64,000 nt of DNA from Eubacteriales bacterium. GTDB lineage: Bacteria > Bacillota > Clostridia > Oscillospirales > CAG-272. The DNA lies in assembly GCA_045128735.1 (NCBI GenBank), contig JBGVRT010000052.1:88137-152136 (forward strand). The letters run 5' to 3'. Positions 32,864 through 42,600 of this stretch are shown piece by piece. Position 1 is the stretch's first letter; each line of letters opens with the position of its first letter. Position numbers and translations under genes: made by a program. Under the pieces are notes generated by a model. That model worked only from the letters and a program-made list of their open reading frames with translations, searched no databases and was not told where the DNA came from.

Positions 32864-33760
32864 ATGAAAAAGATAGGTCTTAGTACTTTCGGATTGCAAA
32901 GAAAATACGGCGACGAGCGCGCTCTCGAAATATGCGCGGAAAGCGGTTTTGACTCTGTAGATTTCAATATGCGAAAATTTGACAAAGACGTCAGCTTTTC
33001 CGATGATGAGGTTATAGAATATTTTTCTAAAATAAAGGAAAAGGCAGACTCGCTTGGACTTGCGGTAAGCCAGACTCACGGACGAGTGAGAAGCTATACA
33101 AAAAATGAGGAATACTGCGAATTTGTGCGTAAGGCAGCCCGTTTTGACCTGCTCGCAACAAAATACATCGGTGCTCCTTCCTGCGTTATACATAACGTAA
33201 CCACGGGTAATTGGGAGGAGGCTGACGCGGCGTTTATGCACGCAAAAAACAAGGAGCTTATCGACTACCTTGTGCCTTTTGCCGAGGAGTTTGACGTTAA
33301 TATCGGAATGGAGACCTTTGGAGATTCCAACAGGTACGGAAAGAGAGTTATTGACTTTTTCGGAGACTCGCGCGAGTTAAAGAAACAGTTTGACTCCATA
33401 GATACTGAGAAAAAGGTTATCTGTATGGATACGGGACACACCAATAAGGCGTTTAACGTTGGGGCCGACGATGGAAGCGCGGTGCCGGGTGTTGTAGAGT
33501 CAATTCATATGTTTGGCAAAGACCTTAAAATTCTCCACCTTAACGACAACAACGGTTTTACCGACCAGCATCTTCCGCCAATGCTTAAAATGCAAGGCGG
33601 TGTAGATTGGAAGGGAACCTTTGAGGCCCTTGACGAAATAGGCTACGACGGATATTATAACTTTGAGCTTGCCCTTGACTATATGGGCGACGGTATGGCT
33701 GATTATGTCGGTTTTCTCGGAAAGCATTTAAGAAACGTGGTGGAGGGGAAGCTTTGGTAA
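32864..33760 (+). CDS. Sugar phosphate isomerase/epimerase (AP endonuclease 2 TIM barrel)
   Basis: GFDSVD, MDTGH, LHLNDNNG..DQHLPP, GYDG..NFE. Confidence 0.85.
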   Translation: MKKIGLSTFGLQRKYGDERALEICAESGFDSVDFNMRKFDKDVSFSDDEVIEYFSKIKEKADSLGLAVSQTHGRVRSYTKNEEYCEFVRKAARFDLLATKYIGAPSCVIHNVTTGNWEEADAAFMHAKNKELIDYLVPFAEEFDVNIGMETFGDSNRYGKRVIDFFGDSRELKKQFDSIDTEKKVICMDTGHTNKAFNVGADDGSAVPGVVESIHMFGKDLKILHLNDNNGFTDQHLPPMLKMQGGVDWKGTFEALDEIGYDGYYNFELALDYMGDGMADYVGFLGKHLRNVVEGKLW

Positions 33761-33761
33761 T

Positions 33762-34433
33762 ATGAAAAACAAAATATGCTCTGTTCTTTTTACGGTGGCT
33801 GTATTCTTTTTCATAATTACTTTTTCAATTGGTCTGCCGATATATTTCAGACCCTTTTATTACGCGCACATAATACCCCTTGACCTTGAGAATGAAAGCG
33901 GATATACTTATTCCGAAATTCGTTCTGCATACAACGAGGTGATTGATTATCTTACTCTTCCTTGTAAAGACTTCGGTACGGGTGTTATGGAGCATTCCGA
34001 AAGCGGTGCGGCACATTTTAAGGATTGCAAGGTGCTTTTTACAATCAATGCGGTTACTTTTTTTAGCTCATCCGTAATTATCATTACGCTGAAAAGACTT
34101 GAAAAAGCAAAAAAGCTTGATAAATTAAAGCTCGGTCGATTTTCCTGCAGATTTTGGGCATCGGTGTCGGCACTTGGCTTGTTTGCGCTTATCGGACTTG
34201 TTGCCTCTGTCAGCTTTTATAATTTCTTTACCGCGTTTCATAAATTATTTTTCCCCGGAAGGGACAACTGGTATTTTGACCCGCGTTACGACGAGATAAT
34301 AAACGTGCTACCGCAGGAGTTTTTCAGAAATTGCGCAATACTTATAGCGGCGAGTGTTTTTGTCTTTTGTGCCGCCACAATCTGCAGGGAAATAATAATG
34401 CAAAGAAAATCAAGAAAAACAACGGGAATTTAA
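33762..34433 (+). CDS. TIGR01906/DUF1461-like integral membrane protein
   Basis: HFKDCKVLF, FTAFHKLFF..NWYFDP.YD..I.VLP..FF. Confidence 0.8.
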   Translation: MKNKICSVLFTVAVFFFIITFSIGLPIYFRPFYYAHIIPLDLENESGYTYSEIRSAYNEVIDYLTLPCKDFGTGVMEHSESGAAHFKDCKVLFTINAVTFFSSSVIIITLKRLEKAKKLDKLKLGRFSCRFWASVSALGLFALIGLVASVSFYNFFTAFHKLFFPGRDNWYFDPRYDEIINVLPQEFFRNCAILIAASVFVFCAATICREIIMQRKSRKTTGI

Positions 34434-34450
34434 CCCGTTGTTTTTCTTTT
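34412..34450 (+). terminator. Intrinsic terminator overlapping the stop codon
   Basis: AAGAAAAACAACGGG...CCCGTTGTTTTTCTT. Confidence 0.75.
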
Positions 34451-34531
34451 GTAAAATATAATTTTCTTTTCTATTGACTTTATCGGATTTTTGTTATAAA
34501 ATAGAGAGGATAATTTCTTTGAGGTGACATA

Positions 34532-35911
34532 ATGAATTTGAAAAGACTTTTCGGTGATAAGAAATTTTACATAATGGTGCTTATCATAGCAATTCCGATA
34601 ATGGTTCAGAACGGCATTACAAACTTTGTAAATATGCTTGATAACGTTATGGTGGGCAGACTCGAAACCGAAGCGATGTCAGGCGTTTCAATTGTAAATC
34701 AGTTCGTATTTGTTTTTAATTTGCTTATTTTCGGTGCGATTTCAAGCGCGGGAATTTTTACAGCACAGTTCCACGGTCTCGGTGACAGGGAGGGGAAGCG
34801 CAACACCTTCCGCTTTAAGTTTATCATCGTCACATTAGCCGCTCTTGTTTGCATCGCAATTTTTTTGATTTTTGACGATCAGATTATCTCGCTTTTCCTC
34901 CACGAAAGTGAACAGCAGGGAGATCTTGCACTTACCCTGGAGTATGGAAAAGAGTATCTTGCAGTAATCGTGGTGGGATTTCTTCCTTTTGCGCTTTCAC
35001 AGGCGTACGGTTCTACCTTGCGTGAGATAGGCAAAACGGTTATTCCTATGGTGGCAAGTATTACGGCAATGCTTGTGAATCTTGTCTTTAACTATGTTCT
35101 CATTTTCGGAAATTTCGGCGCACCTGCTCTCGGTGTCCGTGGCGCGGCAATAGCTACCGTTCTTTCGCGATTTGTCGAGCTTGGTGTTATTGCAAGTTGG
35201 ACTCACATCCATAAAAAAGAAGCCGATTTTATCGTCGGCGCATACCATTCGCTCAAAATTCCACGCACGCTTGTTTCAAGTATAGTTGTACGCGGTCTGC
35301 CGCTTATGTTCAACGAGCTTATGTGGGCGGCGGGAGTTACCTTTACAAATCAATGTTATTCCTTGCGAGGGCTCGGAGTGGTTGCCGCGCTTAATATCTC
35401 GTCAACAATAATCAACGTTCTCAACGTTGTGTATATGGCTCTCGGAGTTTCGATTTCTATTGTTGTCGGCAATCTTCTCGGCGCAGGAAAGCTTGAGGAA
35501 GCAAAGGATACCGACAGAAAGATGATAGCATTCTCATTGATGTGCTCGATTGGTGTCGGACTTATCCTTGTAATACTGGCTCCTATTTTCCCAAAAATGT
35601 ACAATACTACCGACGAGGCTCGGCAGATCGCAACGTATATGATAATGATTTCATCGATGATAATGCCATCGCACGCCTTTGCGAACGCCGCATATTTTAC
35701 GCTCCGTTCAGGCGGTCAGGTATTTATCACCTTGCTATTTGACAGTGTATTTATGTGGGTAGTGGTTATCCCAACGGCATTTATTCTCGGAAACTTTACC
35801 TCTATAAGTATTTATTGGCTTTATCTTGTGTGTCAATCGCTCGAAATACTTAAGGCAATTTTCGGAGCAATTCTCGTTAAACGCGGCACTTGGGTTAAGA
35901 AGCTTGTTTGA
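34532..35911 (+). CDS. MATE family transporter
   Basis: About 12 TM; NMLDNVMVG, FGAPALGVRGAAIAT, TLRSGG. Confidence 0.9.
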   Translation: MNLKRLFGDKKFYIMVLIIAIPIMVQNGITNFVNMLDNVMVGRLETEAMSGVSIVNQFVFVFNLLIFGAISSAGIFTAQFHGLGDREGKRNTFRFKFIIVTLAALVCIAIFLIFDDQIISLFLHESEQQGDLALTLEYGKEYLAVIVVGFLPFALSQAYGSTLREIGKTVIPMVASITAMLVNLVFNYVLIFGNFGAPALGVRGAAIATVLSRFVELGVIASWTHIHKKEADFIVGAYHSLKIPRTLVSSIVVRGLPLMFNELMWAAGVTFTNQCYSLRGLGVVAALNISSTIINVLNVVYMALGVSISIVVGNLLGAGKLEEAKDTDRKMIAFSLMCSIGVGLILVILAPIFPKMYNTTDEARQIATYMIMISSMIMPSHAFANAAYFTLRSGGQVFITLLFDSVFMWVVVIPTAFILGNFTSISIYWLYLVCQSLEILKAIFGAILVKRGTWVKKLV

Positions 35912-36781
35912 TTATTTGAATTTGCTTCTGTATTCTGATGGCTTTCTTCCCGTTGCGCCTTTGAAGGCGCGGTTAAAGTGAGATATGTTATTAAATCCGC
36001 ACTCAAGCGAAATTTCAAGAATTGACTTTGACGAGGTTTCGAGTAGCTTTTTTGCCATTTGTATTCTTTTAAGTCCAATATATTCCCAAGGTGACAAACC
36101 GTTAAGCTTTTTGAATACCGTGCAGAAATAGGTTCGGCTCATATTTGCGCTCTGTGCTATTTCATCAAGTGAGATAGGCGAGGTAATATTTTCGTCAATA
36201 AACCGCAAAGCCTGCTCCATGTCGCCGAGACGGCCTGCGCGCACGCTTTGTGCGGAGTTTTCTTTGGTGTACTTTCGGGATAGAAGAACAAGAATTTCGA
36301 AAAAGTACGAACGGACTATGGTTTCGTACCCAAGCTCCCTGTTTTCAAGCTCAGTTTTAACTTTTTTCATTATTTCGACAATTTGACAGGAAAGAGGGTC
36401 GTCACCTGCAATATGCTTGATAAGCTCTCCATTTTTATCAAAAAACGGGTCGAGAAGGGTGTTGTCAAAGCTTCCGCTTTGCGGTGACCAGATGTATCGC
36501 GGCTCACATTGAATATTCAAAAGAACCATCGGTTCGGAAATCTCATATATCCAGTGTACCTCATTTGTACCGAATATAAAGAGATCGCCTGCTTTTATTT
36601 TTACGTCTTTGCCGTGAATACGGTAAGTTCCGCAACCCTCGGCAATATATGAAATCTCAATAGCGGTGTGATGATGCTCGGTGAAATTGCGGCGCACAAA
36701 ATTCGGGTAAGATTTGAATATTCTGAAAAGTCCGTTTTCAAGACGGTAATCGGAGGATATTTTTCTTGACTTTGTTTCCAT
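35912..36781 (-). CDS. AraC-family regulator (cupin plus HTH)
   Basis: HHHTAIEI cupin; C-terminal CGFNNISHFNRAFK..TG..PSEYR. Confidence 0.92.
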   Translation of the reverse strand: METKSRKISSDYRLENGLFRIFKSYPNFVRRNFTEHHHTAIEISYIAEGCGTYRIHGKDVKIKAGDLFIFGTNEVHWIYEISEPMVLLNIQCEPRYIWSPQSGSFDNTLLDPFFDKNGELIKHIAGDDPLSCQIVEIMKKVKTELENRELGYETIVRSYFFEILVLLSRKYTKENSAQSVRAGRLGDMEQALRFIDENITSPISLDEIAQSANMSRTYFCTVFKKLNGLSPWEYIGLKRIQMAKKLLETSSKSILEISLECGFNNISHFNRAFKGATGRKPSEYRSKFK

Positions 36782-36913
36782 TTTTCTTCTCCAAATCGAA
36801 ATATAGTGTAATAAATTCGTAATATTGTACTTGAAAAAAATTGATTTATGTTATATACTGACAGTATAAAAATGTAATTTATTATATTATGCACCAAAGG
36901 AAGGAATTTGTCA

Positions 36914-38299
36914 ATGGAAAATGTGAAAAATTTTAAGAGCATTGGCGATATGATAAGCGAAAACGTCAACGTATGCTCAAATCCCAGCGAGCTTAAGATA
37001 ACCGACATCAGAGTTTGCAATATCACGGGTGCCCCCAAACATTGTCCCCTTATAAAAGTTTATACCAATCAGGGTCTTGTTGGCTACGGTGAGGTGCGCG
37101 ATGCTTCAAGCGCAACCTACGCGCTTATGCTCAAGAGCCGTCTTATCGGCGAAAACCCCTGCAACGTAGACAAGCTTTTCAGAAGAATAAAGCAGTTCGG
37201 CGGTCCTTCACGTCAAGGCGGAGGCGTTTCGGGTATTGAAATAGCACTTTGGGACTTGGCGGGTAAGGCGTGGGGCGTTCCGCTTTGGCAGATGCTTGGC
37301 GGCAAGTTCCGCGATAAGGTAAGGGTTTACGGTGATACCGACGTAGACGGAAAGCATACGGGAACCGATATGGGTCACGCAATTCAAAAGCGTATTGATA
37401 TGGGCTTCTCTATCGTAAAAATGGACCTTGGAATAGAGCTTCTTTACGACGAGCCGGGCACGCTGAACGCACCTCTCGGTATGCTTGAGGATATGCAGAA
37501 GTATTCTATGAAGGCAATACAGCATCAGAGCGGCTCTATCGATATGGATATGATGCTTGGCAAAAATTACGAGGTGTTTACCATTCCTCACTACGCTACG
37601 GGTATCCATATTACCGAAAAGGGAATGGATATGCTTGAGGACTACGTGAAGCAGGTTCGTGACGTGGTTGGATATGAAGTTCCGCTTGCCATCGACCATT
37701 TTGGTCACGTAGCAATGGAGGATTGCATTAAGTTTGCAAAACGCCTTGAAAAATATAATATCGCATGGCTTGAGGATATTCAGCCGTGGCACTTGACAAA
37801 GCATTACGAGCAGATTGCGGCGGCTTGCAACGTTCCGCTTGCTACAGGAGAGGATATTTATCTTGCTAAGAACTTTGAGCCTCTTATGAAAAATCACGCG
37901 GTTTCTCTCGTTCATCCCGACCTTCTTACAATCGGCGGTGCACTTGAGACAAAGAAGCTTGGAGATATGTGCGAGACTTACGGCGTAGCTATGGCTATCC
38001 ATATGGCTGAAAGCCCTATTGCTTGTATGGCGGCAATTCATACCGCTGCGGCAATTCAGAACGTGCTTGCTGTTGAGTTTCATTCGGTTGATATTCCCTG
38101 GTGGAACGATCTTGCAAACGGTATTGCAAACCCGCTCTTTAAGAATGGCTTTGTAGAAGTTCCCAACACCCCCGGTATTGGTATAGAGTCTCTTAACGAG
38201 GAGCTTATTGCCGAGCACATCCATCCCAAATTCCCCGGACAGTGGAAGCCTACCGATAACTGGAACGGCGAATGGGCTAACGATAGAGAATGGAGCTGA
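36914..38299 (+). CDS. Mandelate racemase/muconate lactonizing enzyme (enolase superfamily), probable sugar-acid dehydratase
   Basis: GLVGYGE, IEIALWDLAGKA, LLGG-like MLGGKFRD, KMD, WLED, ATGED, PGIG. Confidence 0.88.
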   Translation: MENVKNFKSIGDMISENVNVCSNPSELKITDIRVCNITGAPKHCPLIKVYTNQGLVGYGEVRDASSATYALMLKSRLIGENPCNVDKLFRRIKQFGGPSRQGGGVSGIEIALWDLAGKAWGVPLWQMLGGKFRDKVRVYGDTDVDGKHTGTDMGHAIQKRIDMGFSIVKMDLGIELLYDEPGTLNAPLGMLEDMQKYSMKAIQHQSGSIDMDMMLGKNYEVFTIPHYATGIHITEKGMDMLEDYVKQVRDVVGYEVPLAIDHFGHVAMEDCIKFAKRLEKYNIAWLEDIQPWHLTKHYEQIAAACNVPLATGEDIYLAKNFEPLMKNHAVSLVHPDLLTIGGALETKKLGDMCETYGVAMAIHMAESPIACMAAIHTAAAIQNVLAVEFHSVDIPWWNDLANGIANPLFKNGFVEVPNTPGIGIESLNEELIAEHIHPKFPGQWKPTDNWNGEWANDREWS

Positions 38300-38303
38300 T
38301 AAA

Positions 38304-39032
38304 ATGTTTGATCTTACCGGAAAAAAAGCAATAGTAACAGGCTCAACGCAGGGCATAGGCTTTGCAATTGCTAAGGCACTTCACGATGCGGGCGCGGAGG
38401 TTTGGATACACGGCGCAACCAGTGAAGAAAAATGCAAAAAGGCGGTAGCAGAGATAGGCAGCAAGCATTACGTAGTTAAAAATCTTGCCGACAGAGACGC
38501 GGCAGAGGTCATCTATACCGCTACAGGAGACCTTGATATAGTTGTTTTGAATGCAAGTGTTCAATTCAGAGAGCATTGGAATGAGATTACCCGCGATCAG
38601 CTTGACATGCAGATGGCTGTAAACTTCGCCGCTTCGCTTGGGCTTATGCAGAAATATTTTCCTCATATGAAGGCGAGCGGTTTTGGACGTATCGTTACGG
38701 TCGGAAGCGTACAGCAGTATAAGCCGCACGTTGATATGGCTGTATATGCTGCAAGCAAGGACGCACAAATGAGCCTTGTAAGAAATGTGGCAAAGCAGGT
38801 TGCGCCCTATGGAATTACGGTAAACAATCTTTGCCCCGGAGTTATCGCAACTCCGAGAAACGATGCCGCACTCTCCGACCCTGAGTACAGTAAAAAGGTA
38901 ATGGCAGGTATACCCGCAGGATACGCTGGATTGGCGGAAGATTGCGCACCCGCGGCACTTTTCCTTTGCTCGGAGGAATCGAGATACGTGACAGGCAGTG
39001 AAATAATTGTTGACGGTGGAATGCACCTTTAA
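38304..39032 (+). CDS. Short-chain dehydrogenase/reductase
   Basis: TGSTQGIG, YAASK, VNNLCPG, YVTG..I.VDGG. Confidence 0.92.
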   Translation: MFDLTGKKAIVTGSTQGIGFAIAKALHDAGAEVWIHGATSEEKCKKAVAEIGSKHYVVKNLADRDAAEVIYTATGDLDIVVLNASVQFREHWNEITRDQLDMQMAVNFAASLGLMQKYFPHMKASGFGRIVTVGSVQQYKPHVDMAVYAASKDAQMSLVRNVAKQVAPYGITVNNLCPGVIATPRNDAALSDPEYSKKVMAGIPAGYAGLAEDCAPAALFLCSEESRYVTGSEIIVDGGMHL

Positions 39033-39043
39033 TAGGAGAGGTT

Positions 39044-40372
39044 ATGACAAAGCAAGAATTGAGAACGGTATGGTTGAAGTATGCCGAAGCACAGAAGGAC
39101 TTACTTGAGGGAAGAGTTAAGGAAAATATTGAAAAGTACCGTAAGGGTGACTGTAGGCTTTGCTTTAGGGATAAAGACGGAGCTCCTCTTGTGGGCAAAG
39201 CTGTTAAAATAAGTCAGATATCCCACGATTTCAAATACGGCGCAAACATCTTTATGCTTGACGAATTTGAGGATGCCGATTGCAATGCGCGTTACCGAGA
39301 GTCGTTCAAAAAGCATTTCAATCTCGCCACAGTTCCTTTCTATTGGGACGGACTTGAACCCGAGGAGGGCAAACCGAGATATGATAAAAACAGCCCTAAG
39401 GTGTACCGCCGTCCAGCCCCCGACCTTTGCGTGGAATACTGTAACGAAAGCGGTGTTCTGCCTAAGCTTCACTGTCTTGTTTATGACAAGTTTATACCCG
39501 AGTGGCTTCCTCTTGATGATATGGAAGCTATGGAAAAACTCTACGAAAAGCGTTTTGCCGAAATATCCGAAAGATACGCGGGCAAGTTTTACGAGGTAGA
39601 GGTTGTTAATGAATTGTGTTGCGAGTGGGAATGGAAATTTAAGAGTGCCATAAGCAGTAAGCGTGACATAATCGAATGGTCCTTCGAACTTGCGAGAAAG
39701 TATTTTAAGGACGACGTTCTCGTTATAAACGAAGCAAATCCCGTAAAGGCGATAGCCGAAAGAGGATATAGAAACAGTTATTTTATGATGCTTGATTCCG
39801 CGCTTAAGGGCGGTGTTTCCCTAGACAAAATCGGACTTCAGCACCATATCTTTACCGGAGCAAGCACAAACACTGATGAAGCTTACGAAAAAGCGTTGAG
39901 GACAGGGGAGTTTGCACAGTTTAATCCTAAGGTGATACTTAATGCTCTTGATAAGTTTGCAGAGCTTGGCAAGCCTCTCGAAATAACCGAGATAACTGTT
40001 CCCACCTTTGGCGAGACAGAGGAGGACGAACTTTTGCAGGCTGACCTTCTTGACGTAATCTATTCTTGCTTCTTTTCTCACCCTGCAGTTGAAAACGTTG
40101 TGTATTGGAATCTTCCTGACGGATATGCCCACGTAACGAAAATTCCCGGACGTATATGGAACGAAAACAGATGCCGCGGCGGACTTTTCCGCCACGATAT
40201 GACTCCTAAAAAGTCGGCAGAACGAATGTTTGAGATGTTCAATAAAAGGTGGCACACCGATCTTGAGCTTGTTACCGATGAAAACGGATGCGTTGAGTTC
40301 AGAGGCTTCTACGGTGACTATAAATCAGAGATTGACGGAGAGGTAAATAATTTTTCTATTCACAAAAAATAA
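39044..40372 (+). CDS. GH10-like glycoside hydrolase
   Basis: FNLATVPFYW..EP, EVVNE, LVINE, IGLQ.H, ITE, FRGFYGDY; no signal peptide. Confidence 0.8.
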   Translation: MTKQELRTVWLKYAEAQKDLLEGRVKENIEKYRKGDCRLCFRDKDGAPLVGKAVKISQISHDFKYGANIFMLDEFEDADCNARYRESFKKHFNLATVPFYWDGLEPEEGKPRYDKNSPKVYRRPAPDLCVEYCNESGVLPKLHCLVYDKFIPEWLPLDDMEAMEKLYEKRFAEISERYAGKFYEVEVVNELCCEWEWKFKSAISSKRDIIEWSFELARKYFKDDVLVINEANPVKAIAERGYRNSYFMMLDSALKGGVSLDKIGLQHHIFTGASTNTDEAYEKALRTGEFAQFNPKVILNALDKFAELGKPLEITEITVPTFGETEEDELLQADLLDVIYSCFFSHPAVENVVYWNLPDGYAHVTKIPGRIWNENRCRGGLFRHDMTPKKSAERMFEMFNKRWHTDLELVTDENGCVEFRGFYGDYKSEIDGEVNNFSIHKK

Positions 40373-40383
40373 GGAGTTCTAAT

Positions 40384-41604
40384 ATGTCCGATAAGGTTAA
40401 AAGCTATATAAAATCTCATTGGGATAGTTGTATAAAAGAAAACAGGGAAGATAAGGACACCTTAATCGGTATGCCTTATCCTTATACAGTTCCGTCCGTA
40501 GGTTATTTTGACGAAATGTATTATTGGGATACCTATTTCACCAATAAAGGTCTTGAGATATCGGGCAGATGTGATCAGGTAAAAAACAACACCGATAATA
40601 TGCTTTATATGGTCGAAAAATACGGATTTATGCCCAACGGAAACAGAACTTATTATCTTACACGCTCACAGCCTCCGTTCCTTTCGGCAATGGTGTACGA
40701 CGTATACCGACATTATAAAGATAAAGCGTGGCTTCGCGGTGCGTATTTTACACTCAAAAAAGAGTATGATTTCTGGATGACTAAGCGAATAGCTCCAAAC
40801 GGACTAAATGTTTACGGCTCACATAACTACACAGACGGATTGCTTAGACATATGGCAGATCATATTGAAAAAAGGGTTGGATTTATGCCAGAGGGCGACA
40901 CTCGCGATTTGGGGTATCATATCTGCGCTGTTTGCGAAAGCGGTTGGGATATCAGCTCAAGGTGGGACTTTGAAATTTATAATTACAATCCTGTTGATCT
41001 GAACTCCCTTATGTACCTGTTCGAAAAGAATATGCAGTATTTTTCTTCGGAACTTGATGCAGGTGAGGAGGAGGCATGGGAAAAAGCTGCCGAAAAGCGC
41101 AAGAGCTTGATGCTTGAATGTATGGATAACGGAGAGGGCTTGTTGCTTGATTACAATTTTGCCGGAAATACTCACAGCAATGTATTCTCGGTAGCTTCAT
41201 TTTATCCTATGTTCGTCGGACTTGTTGACGGTGACCGTGCAAAAAAATTGGTTGAAAACCTTGGTCGTCTTGAAGTAAAATACGGAGTTCTTACAACTGA
41301 GAAAAACGATATTAAGGGCTCTTACCAATGGGGATATCCAAACGGTTGGGCTTGCCTTCAGTACATAATGTTTTTGGCTTTGCAAAAATACGGATTTGAA
41401 GAAGATGCACGCCGTATAGCTCAAAAATACATCGAGCTTGTTGACAAAACATTTGATGAAACCCATAATCTGTGGGAGAAATATAACGTTATAGACGGAA
41501 GCATCGATGTCGTTGATGAATATAAAATGCCAACTATGATGGGCTGGAGTGCAGGCGTTTATCTGGCGGCTGCCCAATTCCTCGAAAATGGGACTATCTT
41601 TTAA
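40384..41604 (+). CDS. GH37 trehalase-family glycosidase
   Basis: YYWDTYF, PNGNRTYYLTRSQPP, ESGWD.SSRW, PVDLNS, QW.YPNGW, EKYNV, GWS. Confidence 0.88.
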   Translation: MSDKVKSYIKSHWDSCIKENREDKDTLIGMPYPYTVPSVGYFDEMYYWDTYFTNKGLEISGRCDQVKNNTDNMLYMVEKYGFMPNGNRTYYLTRSQPPFLSAMVYDVYRHYKDKAWLRGAYFTLKKEYDFWMTKRIAPNGLNVYGSHNYTDGLLRHMADHIEKRVGFMPEGDTRDLGYHICAVCESGWDISSRWDFEIYNYNPVDLNSLMYLFEKNMQYFSSELDAGEEEAWEKAAEKRKSLMLECMDNGEGLLLDYNFAGNTHSNVFSVASFYPMFVGLVDGDRAKKLVENLGRLEVKYGVLTTEKNDIKGSYQWGYPNGWACLQYIMFLALQKYGFEEDARRIAQKYIELVDKTFDETHNLWEKYNVIDGSIDVVDEYKMPTMMGWSAGVYLAAAQFLENGTIF

Positions 41605-41613
41605 GGAGACCAT

Positions 41614-42564
41614 ATGAAACATTTGTATTTTTGTGCTTGTGCTGATAACGGCGGTATTTACCATTATATGCTTAACGGCGAAAATCTTATTTTCTGTGAA
41701 AAGACAGAACTTGATAAGCCCATGTATATCGCGATAGAAGAAAATAAAGCATACGTTATTCTTAAGGAGACTGACCCGAAAACAAAATACGGCGGCGCGT
41801 TGACCTTTGATATTGATGAGAACGGAAAGCTTGTTAACCCCACGGAGATTATCTCTTCTTTGGGAATAGTGCCTTGCCACCTTTCGGTCGTAAATGGCAC
41901 TGTATATACGGTAAATTATCTTTCGGGAAACGTTGTAAAGCTTCCCAATACCGTTTCCACACATAGTGGTAAAGGTCCTCATCCAACACGACAGACCGAG
42001 GCGCACACCCATTTTGTATCGCCTACGCCCGATAGGAAATATCTGCTTTGTACCGACCTTGGAATTGACAGCATATTTACTTATACGCCCGACCTCAAGC
42101 AGGTTTCGGTTGCTAAAGTGCCCGACGGCTACGGCGCGAGACACTTGGCGTTTTCCGATGACGGAAAGCTTGTTTACTGTGTTAATGAGCTTGTTTCCTC
42201 GGTCAGCGTATTTGATTACGACGACGGTGTTCTGACATATTTTGACACATATGAATGTCTGCCCGACTTTAAGCAAAAGAATACTGCGGCGGCAATTCGT
42301 GTAAGCGGGAAGTATCTGTATATTTCAAACCGAGGCGCGGAGACGGTGACCCGACTTGAAATATGCGGGAAAGAGCTACGATTGCTTGAAAACACCTATT
42401 GCGGCGGCAAAAATCCGCGTGATTTTCTTATCGTTGATGACCTTATGTTTTGCACAAACGAGTTTACTAACGACGTCACCGTTTTGAAAATGATTGACGG
42501 CAAACCGATTCTCACGGAAATAAGGCTTGAGATGCCCAATCCGCTTTGCGTTATTGCAATATAA
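41614..42564 (+). CDS. 6-phosphogluconolactonase-like beta-propeller lactonase
   Basis: PCHL, NYLSG, RQTEAHTH, DLGID, GARH, NEL, SNRG, PRDF. Confidence 0.88.
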   Translation: MKHLYFCACADNGGIYHYMLNGENLIFCEKTELDKPMYIAIEENKAYVILKETDPKTKYGGALTFDIDENGKLVNPTEIISSLGIVPCHLSVVNGTVYTVNYLSGNVVKLPNTVSTHSGKGPHPTRQTEAHTHFVSPTPDRKYLLCTDLGIDSIFTYTPDLKQVSVAKVPDGYGARHLAFSDDGKLVYCVNELVSSVSVFDYDDGVLTYFDTYECLPDFKQKNTAAAIRVSGKYLYISNRGAETVTRLEICGKELRLLENTYCGGKNPRDFLIVDDLMFCTNEFTNDVTVLKMIDGKPILTEIRLEMPNPLCVIAI

Positions 42565-42567
42565 AAC

Positions 42568-42594
42568 AGCGCACCTGCCATTGGCAGGTGCGCT
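42568..42594. terminator. Hairpin between convergent genes
   Basis: AGCGCACCTGCCA-t-TGGCAGGTGCGCT. Confidence 0.75.
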
Positions 42595-42600
42595 TAATAT

